From Phoronis australis (taxonomy: Eukaryota; Animalia; Phoronida): a DNA stretch of 64,000 bases. Every line of letters begins with the position of its first letter. The first letter of the stretch is position 1. Below are positions 25,656-39,760 of this stretch, piece after piece. The position numbers and the translations under genes were made by a program. The notes beneath the pieces were generated by a model, which was not told the DNA's origin, ran no database searches, and saw nothing but the letters and a program-made list of their open reading frames with translations. The DNA is taken from positions 359,798 through 423,797 of the forward strand of contig NMRA01000131.1 of the NCBI GenBank assembly GCA_002633005.1, given 5' to 3'.

Positions 25656-26946
25656 AAAATAAGATTATATTGTGTTGTACAAATATCTAATGCGTGTTAG
25701 TACCTGGTCTGTGGCCTGATGCATCCATGATGCCGCACTAGTACCACAAAAAATAGACATGATTACGTAACGACCATAGTACGTGAATACGTTTTATTTC
25801 TGCAAGATGTTTGAAACAATCGTTGGCGTTCGTATTATCAAGCAAAAAGCTTTTAGAAATTAATTATACCGTTTTCGGTCTACGTCCAAGCGTAAACGCA
25901 TGAACTAAGACAACAGCAATTTGTCTTGCTTTCTTCCGTGAACTTTTAACCTGGTCTGTTTAGTGTTTCGTAAACTCAGCACACTGCTAGATGATTGCAT
26001 ATTTATTTCTCTGTGGTGTTGTATGGCATTTTTCTCGAGTAAAAGTTTTCGTAACTCCAGTTTGGACCTCTGTTTTATCACCACGTGCATTCCGCATATG
26101 GCGGCCTATTCTTGCATTATAGTTTTCGTAGCTTGCTGACGTTTGTTGATGTATAACCAGTGCTGTGGTGGTAAAATTAGAGCGCCCAAAGCCCACCGTA
26201 TCACATTGAGCACTGTGGTGCGTAGGCGCTACGTTCAAATGCCAAAAACTGGTTGGTTACGCCTACCTGCGCCTACGCCCCACTACAACACTGTGTATAA
26301 CCTATATAATAGCTTCAAGTTCAAACATTCCAGTCAACCCAATGATAACGTGCTCGACACAATGAGCTGCAGGTAGCATTTGTGACCTGAAATTTGGAAA
26401 TGCGAGCTAAGATTTTTGTCAGCTAGTATCAAGTCGCAAAATGTGACCTGGAATTTCCAACGTTTGCGTGCTGACAGCGATGATTCTACTAATTCTTAAG
26501 CAATCAACTTTCCAAACTTTTTGGTGGAAAGACACGTTTATTTTTCACATAAGATCATGTATCAAGTAGTTACGACAATATCCCTGATATCACACTGCGG
26601 CATTGGTCGGTCCCGTTGTTAGCGCGCAAACGGTCCCGGCAGACGATCGTTGGAAATGTGCTTCTCGTTTTTTATCATATAAGATAGCAAACTTTATAAT
26701 GACGACCCTATTAATCGCCAAACGATGTCCGCGTCTGTACTTTCAGCAAAGTAGTTTATGATTGTCTAAGAAATTCTCAAACCCTTTACTTGTTTTTGGA
26801 GCTACGTGCGCGACATGCCATTCGTCTGCTACATATTGTTGCCAAACGTAAAGTGGAGGCTTACTCCAGCGATTCAAATGCGTGAACTCACGCGTGTGCA
26901 CTACTCCAAAGCTGCACATCCAAAGAGATCAGCGACATCCCTAAAT

Positions 26947-27022
26947 CATGGACGGTGCAGCACTGAAAAAAGTGGGAGGCTAAAGCCCCCCCCCCCCAGC
27001 CCCCTATGGTGCGCCGCCCATG
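26947..27022. mobile_element. 76-bp mini-MITE with CATG termini and 5-bp TSD
   Basis: TAAAT|CATGGACGGTGCA ... TGCGCCGCCCATG|TAAAT. Confidence 0.7.
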
Positions 27023-30000
27023 TAAATGAAAGAGTATACTGGCTTGCCTCTGTTAAGCACGCGGGTGGCAATTTTTTATTTGACAATGAACTTTATGTTC
27101 CCGGCGGTTAAAAAAGGGACGATACTTTACGATATTCCCCTGGACCGATGTAGCCCAGAACTGATATTTTCATGTCCTGATGATTCCCGGGATCGATGTT
27201 CTCTAGGCCCGATGGCCCGATGTTCTACGTCCGTAGCCAGCTATTGTAACTAAACGGGCAGGTGCGAAATTATGGTTAGCGAACTTTTTATTCTTCTCTT
27301 TATACACCCCCGATAATTTTTCGCTTCCCGAACCACGCCGTAAAATTTTCAGACTCCAATAGAAAGAATCTTGTTACGGCTTTGAGCCATTAAAAACAGA
27401 ATTATTCCGGGTGGCTAAAAAGGTTACATTGTAGATGATAACGATAGCCAGAAAGTCATCCCTACAAAATGGAGTTTGCCTGGGAAAATGGTATTATAAT
27501 ACTAGCATTTCTTACCAATGCATTCTTTCAATAGCTTATTACCGCAAACACTCAGCTTAGCGACTACATTGGATTATACTCACGTATAAGCCTACTCCCT
27601 ACCTCTGGTTTGTTTCATAATAAGAGCTCACTGCTCTACGTGGCGTTCCCCTCAACTTTTGAGAATTTCAAATTAAGCGCCCACAGTTCAGCCTAGCGCC
27701 AATGATAGTGCACTACAAACGACCGCGCGTGGTTTGAATTTGGCACGCAGACTATATTGTGAGTCACTCACATTTTACATAACAACAAATCCAGTTTTCA
27801 AAAAAACGTAATCAATATGTAAAAACCAAACCCTGGCTTTGGTTTATACCTCCGAAAGAAAGTTAACAGTAGTGACATGCGTCTGGTTTTGTGACTGACC
27901 AAGTTTTCCCGTGAATGGAAGATATTGAGGAGCAAACTCGAATTACCTGATGGAAACTCGCGCGGAGTCGGGAATTATTTCGAGGCTTTTTATTTCGTAG
28001 AAAACTAATTGTTGAGTACGTAACCAGGATAAGTCCTACGTGTCAGTTTTGAAATTTGCACGGAATTGTTCCCCCGCATCCGAATACGTCATTCAGCTAG
28101 GGCAACGTTTCACGGATTTTTTTTTTCGGCAGGATGTTTTTCAAACGTCGAGTTAAGTTGCAAAGTTTGGGCTAAGAGCAAAACATGAAGGGAGTTTGTA
28201 CTCAGAGTTAGTTTGGATCTTTGACGATCTTGATGACAGCAATATAGCAGGTCACACTTAGCAAAATCGCAGGTAAAAGCATAATCTAAACATTTTCTCG
28301 GTGATCTAAAGAGTCAGGTTTGGCGCGTAAAAATGGTGAGAAATTTTGTGACCTGGCATTTATGAATGCGAGCTAAATTTTGATAATGCGACTTGGGATT
28401 TTGGCTGGATCGCAAAATACCACCTGACGATTTTCATAGCGTCGAGCCCCGAATACACAAACCCGACGTGATTCTGTGCATGCAGACAGTTTGGTAAAAA
28501 GGACATTGAGTGAAGGAAACTGTTCGTATATGGACGGCCATTTATGCAAAAACATCAAATTGTTTATTCAATTCCATTTAATAAACTCAATGCCAATTGT
28601 ACGACAATTCAATCCTATCTTGAACATTCAATGCTATTACACCAATTTAGTTCACACTCAATGCTGTTTTGTACATTCGAATTTCTCCGTCAAGACTGTA
28701 CGCACCTATTCTAACTGTTCTTGTGAGTTCGCTTCTAAAACGCAGTCGGAGCAGTTTGAAGTAACAAGCTAACGTGCAGGAACAGGACGAAACTGACAGT
28801 GGAGTAGGGTCTAACAATTTTGAGTGATTTATGATTAGCACGAAAAGTGCTCTATTAGAAATGAAACTCTGTGGCAACGTATGAAAATTGTGACGTCAAA
28901 TATGCGTTGTGAAAGTGACGACTGGGGACGAGGAGAAGCGGTGAAATTCGAGCGAACCATAATAAAGGGGTAATCACATATACCCAAATTTTAGGGTAAA
29001 ATCCTCCATACGCAATCCACTTGTCCCCGTCAAAATACCTTTTTCGCCCGGTCAAAGGGGGTCGAGATTTTAGCCGCAATATTTTGGGAGGTTTGGTTGT
29101 GAATGTTGATTCTAGAACAGGCCAGAAACTTTACTTGAAACATTTGCGTATGCCATGATACGAAATAGATTCCCATCGTCGATTATTAAAAGAGACGATA
29201 AGTAAGAGAATGTTAATTAGATAAAGACACTAGAATTGCATTGAATTACAACAAAATAATGATTCCCTCCCTGTGGAATTGCCATTTCACCGAGCTGTAA
29301 ACGTCATTTGTAGAACAAGGCATGATCAACTTGACCAAATCGAATAAAACTGCGCTGCGAAGTTCCCATGTATTAATATGTCTTTATTACAGCTTAACGC
29401 ACATCTGCGCACTGATTGCGTTACCACGCTAGGACGTACAACAAGGTGGAATGGTGCGCAAGAACAATTTATCTCAGAGACAGACAATGACTGGAGATAA
29501 AAAATAAGAGCGCTGCTGTGTATTACAGAGAAGGGTTAGTTGTGCCATAGTGCTTTATCACAGACGAAAGCGCAGTAAAGCAACGTAAAGGCCAAGGCTG
29601 CACGTGTGGCTCAGGATGAACGACAATAATCTGAATGCACAATTTCTGCGCCATTAATAGATTATTTGCCACAATCTCTGAACTTACGACCACGTTAGCT
29701 ATGGTCGAAAAATTGCTCTTTATATTAACAAGCCGTTAAAAGAAATTTAAAGATGATATCACGATAATGATTTAAGTCAAACGACCGATTCAAGCATGGT
29801 AAACATGGAATGCTACCATTGTGAGAGATGACTCATTTTTTGATTGCTTCACACAGTGAGCTTGCAAAAAGTACTCGATCACTTGTTTTGTTGTACGTAG
29901 TTTTAAATGTAGCTTGTTGTCCTTTCTAGAAACAGCATTAGAGATTATCGACTTTCTTTCGATGTCGTTTTAGTTATAAGTTTGAAAAACATACTTTAAC

Positions 30001-30385
30001 GTAAGTTGGAGTACACCATTATTTCATAGTAATCTGATTTCAGCATAGATTTCTTAATTTTAACCTTCTATTTTCGGGCACTACAGCGTAAAATGGGCGC
30101 ATCAAGTGGTCGACACTACTGAAACCACAGTGTTTGAAAACGTAGTTGACAGCATAAAATGCAGATACGTTCAGTGTTTAAAAACATTGCTACGCTCATC
30201 CGATCTTGAATTGTTACTGAATAGGCGATCGCAGGTACTGTGTACATGACCAATTTTCGAACAACCAATTTTAGGGTTGGTCAACCTCAATAAATTCTGG
30301 ACCACTTTCTTGAGTCGCTGATGGTTTCCACGGTAAGGGAAATTGAATCCTATCGTAATAAAGAATATTAAAGTAAAGGGCCTAA

Positions 30386-31409
30386 TTACTCTGCGCGTGT
30401 AAGCGCAGAGTACTGTTGTTCCTGGGTTTTCTTCAATTTTATTCTTATTCTTATTGTTATTCTTCTTCCGACCAAATTTGAGGCTTAATAACTCCAAATT
30501 GGGTGCAGGTACGGTCTTTAAATTCAGCATATGACTTTTGACAGTATATAAATTTTGATCGGTTATATAATCATATTCCATATTGCACCGGAAGAGGTCG
30601 TTTGGTGCAAAGGTCATATAATTTTCAAAATGCTACTCCTCCTTCAGTTTTAAAGCTATTTTTTTCAAATGTGGTGCACAGGTATAGGTCAACATGACAA
30701 TTTAAAAAATTACTTTTCTAAGTAATCGGGTCATCCAATCAGGTGAAATAGGTCAAAGGTCATTAGGTGCAAACTAAAATTTTAAGCTAGACACTTCAAA
30801 TTGACAGGTATGATTGCCACAGGTGAATCAAATCGGAATACAAAGTTTCAGATCATTTAGTGCAAACATGGGGTCATTAGGTGCATTTTTCTTCTGAAAA
30901 TTTGACATTTTCAATCAGCAAGTATTCTGATGTGTCAACCGTTAGACAACTGTGATTCTCAGCGTTAAACACATTTTCCATGGGCTTTGCAATAATTCTC
31001 CTAAAGATGCTTAAAATGCACCGGATAAGGTCAATTAGTGCAAAGGTCATGTAACGTTCAAAATGTTATATGTCTTACGTTTTCCAAGTAATTCTTTTCA
31101 ATTTCAGCACACTGGTGTAAGTCAACATGCCAATTGAATACCCTACTTTACTTCGCAATAGGCATAACCAATCAGAAAAAATAGGTCAAAAGTTAACACT
31201 TACTCCCTCATCGGGGCTCATAATGCACCGGAAGAGGTCAATTAGTGGAAAGGTCATCAAAAAATTAATATGCAGTTTCTCCTACAATTTTAAAGAATTC
31301 CTTTTCATACTGGTATACGGGTTACTATGAGTAACTTCCCATAATAATTCCAGTAATACGCACGCGCAGAGTCCGTTATTGTCACGCCGTGACAATAATC
31401 TTTCTAGTT
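30386..31409 (+). mobile_element. Non-autonomous Helentron/HINE (DINE-1-like) element
   Basis: SubTIRs ACTCTGCGCGTG (30388) and CACGCGCAGAGT (31361); short 5' hairpin; (TTCTTA)n-like microsatellite; internal repeats TGCACCGGAAGAGGTC...AAAGGTCAT; 3' stem-loop TTATTGTCAC/GTGACAATAA followed by CTAGTT. Confidence 0.8.
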
Positions 31410-34400
31410 CGAATTTTGTTATACCAGTCAGCTAAACAAGGCGAAATGCATCTTCAACCATAGAACTAACTCTAACTCTAGTTCTAGAGTTCTATGCTTC
31501 AATGTACATTTACCCGATCTTATTTTAGCAAGATTTTTCAATTGATCCGGTAAAAACAGCGGAAATGATAATTTTAATAGGAATATTATAAAGCTTAAAT
31601 GTTAAACAACCACAGCAAAAAGCAGCTTTCAGTATAACCCGCTAATGCAGCCTGTGTCATTACGCAGTTTGAACGCGAAAGCACTCTCTCAATCCATACA
31701 GCAAATACTTTTTAATGCACTAGGAGAAACATAATCTATTTTTAAATATAGGGCGCTTCTATATTTGTATGAAAACGCGGCTTAGCTTTTAAATCGGTTT
31801 TAACGAAAAAAAGAAGACACGTATGTAGATGAGTTTCCTTATTTCCAGAATTTTAGATTCAGTGCTGTTGACGTCATAAATTCTGGGTACGTAATGCTTT
31901 GTGGAAAGAATTCACGGTAGCACACTTTCCTTAGAATGGTGCTTTAATGGCTTGCAACAGACAGTGTGTGGTGCCAACGTGTTTGCATGAACATTTGTCA
32001 TCGTATCAGGCAATTCGTTTTCAGACTAATCATTATGGTACAAATTTCTTCAACCTGTTTTGTATGGACACAGAATTTGTCAACGTTTCCGAAATTTGGC
32101 TGACTTTTTGGCATGTCAATAGCTAGTCACTTCCCAGTTGCTGTGGACACGAGGAAACGTCTGAGACCAGTTGGAGCGAATCAGGCGATTTCATTGGTTT
32201 CGTTATGCGATGTTTTAACGGCACGTGCGCGTTGTCTTGAAATGGCCTATGTCCGAATTTGGACACGCGCTCCCATTCACTGAATGTGTCAAGAAATTGC
32301 CACTTAGTCTCGATTGAGACGACTGCGGAAGAACGATGGAGTTGCTGGGAACCTCCAGTCGTAGGGTGGGTGTGATATAATGATACAAGTTGAGAGAAAT
32401 AACCTAAATAATGATAAGTATTATAGTTAATGATATTATTACTAAGAACTTTAATCATAGTGACTGTCTCTGCTATTTTCTTGTCATTAAAATCATTACT
32501 TAAGCAACATAATAACTATTTGTGTTATAATATCTAGAATAATAAAATTAAAAACAATACGACTGACAATGACGGGGCAGCGATGACGCACAAGTGTATA
32601 TCTGCCTATTTATCCTTTATTGATTATTAACTCTTATAAAATTGTGTTGTGCACAGTTATTCAGCTCACGACATCAATGATGTAATGATGATAAATCCGT
32701 GTAACGATTTGTCACACCTTAAACTAGAATTTCCTGTTACGATAAAACCGAAACAAAAACCCCAAAGCTGGAATTCACAGAGAATAATTCTCACGGAAAA
32801 TCTCTTTTGTGTCTTTGGCGTAGTGATATCATAGTAAATGTAATTCCAGTAATGCATGCTTCTCTATACACAAATTACATTACATTCAAACACAGTAACC
32901 ACAAGTAGGTCTTGTCTTCCCGACGCAATAGGTGAAGACGCCCAACAAAGAGATCCGACGAGGCCTCATCTCAGTCCATCGTTAACAGAACCAACGAGGA
33001 TAAGCGGTGGGTAAAGTGTTGCCTCTTCAGGTGTTTCATCATTATGTGAGCAAGTCATAAAAAGTGAAATTTTCCCTCAAACTAGTGCAAACGTTTCCTT
33101 GACAGTGCCCTCTGTCTTTAAAGCAACATCCATGTCGGTTTTGTCTTCGTGCATATTTACAGACGTCCTATACCGATACTGCTTATATAGTTTTTGATTC
33201 CTCAGTTTCTCGAGTCCTTCATTTTTTCAGATTTTAATTACTTGGGCTGAGACGAAGGTCGCCATAATACAGGAGCAAGTTACTCAGATGTGAAGCGTTC
33301 TTGAGCAAGGGTAGTGCGATCATAGATAATCGTTATCTATAGTCTATGGTGCGATCGATCGCGTACTTGCCTTCCAAATGCATGGCGATATCTCGCGAAG
33401 ATCTCCCTTCGTGATCCTGCTGTTCTCGCAAGAGTTTTGCTCTATGGAACACAGGCCGGAGCTTTGTGCCATTTATTGGATACCAAACAACCATACTTTC
33501 ATTATTCGGTGTGAAGAAAATGTTGATCAAGCATATGCTTTCCTGACGGGTTGAGAACAGCCAGTTACCCATAGCACGGGTATCTTTTAAATTTGGCCTC
33601 TGCATTTGCGTTTAATATCCTTTTATGTAAGTTTATAACAGTGAAGGCCAGTTTTGCTCAGCTCTAGAAACCATTTTGTCGGTGTACCACCACAAACTCA
33701 ATTGAACTGAAAAGTTCTTTGTCAAATTTAGTTTACTTTGAAAAACTTAGACTTGACTAAATTGGTCTCCGTTGAAAATTTTAATCTAAAGCGGAACGGA
33801 GACAACATTCTATAAGCCATATAAAGCTAATTCCCGGGAATCACTTGGTGTGGCAACAATACATTCTGTATACATTTCGAAATCAAAGTCACGTCTGAAC
33901 TCCTTTAAACGGGTTCAAACACGATTTCTATGCAGCATTTAATTACTGCTTTGTAATATAACTTAAAAATAATAACTATAACTAATCTCAATAGAGGCTT
34001 ACTTTTTGCGACAGTGATTCGTTTGTCGCTATCTAATCTATGGAGAGTTACATGTGACGACCGCAGTCCTCTTTCCTGAACACACACAATCCATTAACCT
34101 ATTGCTGGAGACAAACGTAATGTAGTACGATTCTCATGTTCGAACGGCGCACCTGCTTGAAAGTAGCCTCTGTGTACTTTATTGTTTAATATTACATTGT
34201 TTTAAGAGTTAACGCATTATCGCAAAGTGAAACATCATTGACTTGTTTTGAAAATTCACCGCGTTGTCTTTTTACTCAGAAAAAAAGAAAGAAAAGCATG
34301 ACAACAAATAAATCTTTTTAATTCCAGAAAACTTGTACGTATAGAAAACCGATTGCTTAAATAGTGTAGGTGTACTAGGGTCCTCTTTAAGAACTAATTA

Positions 34401-35158
34401 CGAACTGTCGGGTGCGTCGATCGTTTGTTAAGGACAAACATTGCCAATTTGTTGTTTGTCGGTTTGGCCAAGTTTTTGTTGTAAAAGGGGATCGATGTCT
34501 GTGGGATTCACTGAACAGTTATCAATACGGCAAAACAGGTTTGTCGGTGATTCTTGTTATAGACTGAATACCGTTTTCTACTAAGCATCAAAATTCAAAA
34601 TATTACGACGACAGTGGACAACGGCGGAGATGACGACAGACGATGCCGATGTCGACTACCACAACAACGACGGTGACGACGATGATTGCCACAAAAATGT
34701 ACTTGTGACAATAATGATGGTGACGGTGATAGTCCAGTGTATCGTCCGTCATTGTCACTGTTACTGTCATCACTGTCTTCGCCATCGGCATTGTTGGCAC
34801 AACCACTACTGTACGCTTCGTTGTTACATCCACCCATGCGCCTATTTATGAAGCTGTGTGTATACCGGGAATCAGGTAGATCTACCTGTTTGCGAAAGCC
34901 CTGAACAAAGGAAAATCCGAAACTTTTAAAAAGGGGGCTACTTGAGCAAACACTATGGAATAGGACGAAACTTGAGTTATAATTGAAACGGCGTTATCTG
35001 AAAAAGTGCAAAGAATGAAGACGCACGAAACGCACAGCTTTTAAAATATGCATACATACATGTACAAGGAAAAATCTGAAAGACTCAGAATTTAAATTTA
35101 GTTATATGCTCCCACATGCTAACACACATATACAAGGCATAGCCGCAGGCGTTTAGAC

Positions 35159-35390
35159 CATGCGCGCCCCCAGGGGGGGCTCGAACGAGCCGCCAGTTTT
35201 GCGAAGTGGGCAAAAAGGTCCTCCTCAGAGAAACAAAGACTTCGAAAAAGAAGAAAACAAGACAAAAGACCACTAAAAAGGTAGGAACTGCAAATATTCA
35301 TAGTTCTGAAAATACCCTGTGAATCTCAGTACAAGATCGACATTCTTAAAAATTCTATCACCCCCATTTTTTAGGCTGGGTGCGCGCATG
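35159..35390. mobile_element. MITE with CATG termini and 5-bp TSD
   Basis: TAGAC|CATGCGCGCCCCCAG ... CTGGGTGCGCGCATG|TAGAC. Confidence 0.75.
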
Positions 35391-37179
35391 TAGACGTGAA
35401 ATATAGCACTACGCACCAATACGTTGAACACATAATTACACATAGCGGTAGACGCCGACGCCACATAAGTGACATAATAGTTGCATGCATGAAAGCGCCG
35501 TTTACACTACATAAGTTGACACGGGTCAGCTGACACGTAACGAGATGTTGCTGTGTGTAAAAGAGACTGACACGTACGGAGCAAATTGACACCGCGGTGA
35601 CAACTTTTGTCACCCGTTTGTGAGGTGGGGCGATTTGCGCTCGAAAATCTTGCTCCGTGTCAATTATATGTCTAAACGCGAAACTGGAGCAAGGAAAGTT
35701 CATCTCTATTGCGCTTGTGCAATGACCTACATACGGACTCTCTGTCTTTGCAATTCCCGCTATTTGACTTGCGCATGTGCGTTCCGCTTTCCAGCGTATA
35801 ACTTCCGTCTTGCCACAGTTAATGAAATTGCGTGTGTAAACGGCCACTTGACACCGATCAAGTAGGCTCCGTGTCCGTTGCGCTGGATCAGATGTCTAAA
35901 CGGGACTTTATACATACAAGGGATAATCTCTGGCGTCCAGAAGTGAAATAAAGACGCATGCACCCATATGCTAAACACATATAACAGGGACAGTCACAGG
36001 CGTCTGCTAAACACGCGAGTATTTTTTTAAAGACGCATCGTATCATATGAGCTAGGGGCTTAGTTAAATACATGCATAAACGTCAGGCCTAATGTAACAG
36101 TAAATAAGTTAATATTGAACTTAGAGCAACAATTATCTATTTGAGTGGACAACGTCGTCAAATCCGCTCTGCGCGTATGTTTAGTATTCAGTCTCGTTAG
36201 TTGTAATACTTGATTACCCCCACGTGTTGCCTAAAATTCTATATACACGGTAACAATAGCACTTTTGCTCCCCACTACCTGTGCAACCGAAAGACTTACA
36301 GTATACACAAGCATTGGGTTCGGTTAAAGATGAAATCAGTCAGATTAAGTAATACGTTGCTGAGAGACTACACTAGCTGCGACACTACATCTGTTCTTGT
36401 GTGCGCCAGCCTTAAATGCAAAAGCCATTAGAAACTAATGGAACTCGTTTCAAGAAGTATGGTTATATCATAACCAGGGCGTCGTACCACATAATTTAAT
36501 ACAATGATTTACGATTATTAGCCACGCCGACTAATAAATCACGATGTAGTGCTCCAAATATAATCAATAATTAAAAATCGTCCACTCGACTTAATTCACA
36601 CTTGCCGTTCACACGCATTCGTTATATTCATGTTCACTAACTTGTGCAAATTGTTCTCCGTGTAGTTTGAAGAAAGCACGAAAAGACATTTTATTGTGAC
36701 ATATCCTCAAGAATACGCCGTTACACGGAGCAGAGAATTGGCGTTCATCTGATTTTCTGGAAAAACATAACAAAATACGACAAAAAGATTTCAAGTTTAC
36801 CAATTATTTTAATTTTGTTTGCCTACACTAGTAATTAATGTCCACTATATTCTTTAATTCGTGTTACAATACATCTCATGGGTAATAAATTGTGTTTTTA
36901 AGCATGGACCTCCGCATACGAAATCAAGCTGTATTACAGTTTCGCCTTTAGTCCAGGAGCTAAGTGTCCAAATAATGCAAATGAATGCAAGTTTGTTTTG
37001 TCCATATGACTATTTTGGGGTGTTTTTTTTAATCTTGATAGGGCAAGCAATTTAATTTATACAAATAGGTCTCGGTATTAAGTGTTGTCATGGTGAAGTG
37101 ATGACATTATTATAATCCCATTATTGCTTTTCGCTTTGTGACTTCAATGACATAATTACTATCTCCTTGCAAATTCAAG

Positions 37180-37710
37180 AAGGCCTTTCGTCCTTCCGCA
37201 ACACTCACAAAGGTGAGTACAAAAGAACCCGCATGAAAAACATTCCACGGTTGCATTTCAAATCATCTTTCATGACCATAGATGTCACAGGCAGACGTGT
37301 CCAGGAAGGTGTCCAACAACCGTCATTGTCAATTCACCGCATTCACTTGGATATCATTTCTCATGGACAGTCTTAAGAGTCTGTATCTAGATTGAAGCGG
37401 TGCATTCCTGACATGTTAAGTGAGAGCATCTTTTTGTGGGGTTAACAGATCAAACCCTTGGGTAGACTGCGCAAAATGAACTCTCGATCTTGTGAATATA
37501 TCCTCATGAGTGTATGTCGTGGAATACAAACTGGTAACAAATCTCTCAATGACTGCAATGGAATGGAAACGGTAGACACTCCATCTTGGAGCTCAACATT
37601 TCTTCACCGTCTGCACTCTCAGGCTCCGCAAAAAGCTTCTCGGTGGCAAAACGATTTTGCGAGTGATAAATTGAGCCCACGCAGTTCGTTCTTCTCTTAA
37701 CTTCAATGTA
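37180..37710 (-). pseudogene. Decayed DNA-transposon protein C-terminus (Academ/XPG-type)
   Basis: Manual translation gives RTAW...IERFVTSLY...DLLTPQKDALT*HVRNAPLQ...G*IDNDGCWTPSWTRLP...LKC plus Cys-rich remnants. This matches the PPT.DAL.QH..RA.YQ...GW....W.P.WT.LP pattern I associate with AcademX proteins. The family call is from memory. Confidence 0.6.
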
Positions 37711-39209
37711 ATTTTCAGCTGGACACCTTCTTTTGCGGTTTTTGTTAGATTAGCCTTCATTTTCTTGGTGGATTCCATGGTAGATACTACTTATTTGCCA
37801 CACGTTCATCACGTTGACGGTTTTCTCAGATTTACGAATATTTTCTTTTATGGCTGCTTCAACGTCTTTTATTACTCGAACTTTCTCGGGACCAGCAATT
37901 GAGAATTCGTCGTCGAGAGAAATGGCTCCATCTTAATGTCACTACAATGCATCGATTTCATTTTGGGAGAAAATAGCAACGATTTGGAAATGGTCACGAG
38001 AGCCTGACCTTCAACGACCTTGAAAGTATCAAAAACAAACCGGGCATCCTGATTAACATGAGAACTGAGACAAAGAACCTCGGATTCCGTCAGGTTGCTC
38101 AACAAATAAGAATGTTAACAATTCACGCTAATTCCATGGGACCTAATTATGTATGCAAATCTGGGTTATTGAGATCGGAATTGCTTGCCCCATATCAGTA
38201 CGAAAAACCATCTATAAATAATTATTTGGACAAGGAATGGTCATTTCTAAGAAAATTTTCAAGTAGGTGACCTACATATCTGAGAAAAATGACAATGATT
38301 AAGAGATTATCACGTGACCTTTATCTTAAATGAAATGGAAAAAATATCATTGAGCATCCTGGCTAACATAGGAATTAAACCATCAATCAAGAAATTCACG
38401 TGATAGTTATATTCTTACATGTAATATGCCCATTAGGATTTAATTTTACATGCAAATCAGGCTTAATGAGGCCAAGCTCTCTTGCACAGTATCGGGATCA
38501 AAAAAGCACCTCAAAACGGTCATGCGGACAAAAATGGCGATGCCTCTCCCAACAGTTGCAAGTACTGGCCGCTTAGCTCTTCAACTAGTTATCCGTTCGA
38601 AAATACAAGTACGTTAACTGTTTCGGTAATCACAAAACAGTGTGTGTGGCCAGTACTGGTCAAACAAACAATTGTTAAAACTATATTAAAGCTTACAGTG
38701 TCCATGCTCATACCACGACCTGAAATAAACATTTTCTTTAGTGCACACTTTTGATTAAATTACTTTTCACAATTTTCTATTCCGATGTCGACTAGCTTTT
38801 TACGAAACTAGTGTATAATTTTTATAAAATGAGATTCTGCTCCACTGATATCTCAATTAGGATCCTCGTGCAGTTGTATGAGAACTGACATATCGCCAAG
38901 AGAAATTCCCGAAGGCGTTCATCGTCTGCATCAAACTCTTGCATGTCAGCACTGCTAATACTCGCGAAACAATAAGATTTATAGCGCCTGTATTCTACTC
39001 CCACGGCGACCTCAGTTTATTTCCGTTCTTCACAGTCAAAAGAAAAGTTCGATTTTTACATTTGCTTCAAACAAATATGTGCCGTCAACGTCGTAATATA
39101 TTAAGATATTCTTCTCCGGCTTCGTTTTGTATCGATCTATCTTTTTTTTCCAAAGGCTTCAGAATCGCTGTTGTCTTAGTTTGATCTTCAGCGGTTGAAA
39201 CATAATGAA

Positions 39210-39760
39210 GTCAGCGTAGCTCAGTAGCTAGAGTGGGAGAGTTGGGCGCCGAAAAAGCCCGCGAGTTACGGTTTCGTTTGACGCCCGGTGGCTCCAAAAT
39301 GGCCGGTGAACATTTTATCATTCGGACACGAGTGGGAATTTGGAATTGAAAATTATTTGCATCTTATCTGCTCCCTCACTGCCATATAAACTTGGCAATG
39401 CCTTTAAGCGTGAACTACTAAAACACAGCCGCGACAGAGAAGATTCAGAAGCAGTCGATTTCTGACATAAGTCGCCTAATATCAGCACTGTAAGTCATCA
39501 GTGGACTTGAACAACACAGAAACCTCCTCATGTGTTCTTGAGTAAGCATACGTCAAGGAAACTCTCGATATCACATACAAGCAGGCTGGTTCTGGTGAGC
39601 AACACCACAGAGCGTCTCGCAACTCCGAAAGAAATGTTCACCGGTTGGTTGAGTAATCATCTTTAAGAAGAATAGGAAATATGGATTCTGCCTCAGTACG
39701 TATCAGGGCAGTGCATTTGGACTTTACTTACGGATCACTACTACATTTACTCTCATTTAC
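39210..39760 (+). mobile_element. Possible decayed tRNA-derived SINE
   Basis: A-box-like TAGCTCAGTAG at about 39217; the B box is degenerate; a CORE-like TGTGTTCTTGAGTAAGC lies downstream. Confidence 0.3.

Noticed and set aside
32900-33650. Possible piggyBac-like or other transposase relic
   Set aside because: Only scattered Cys residues and weak motifs; cannot be assigned without a search.
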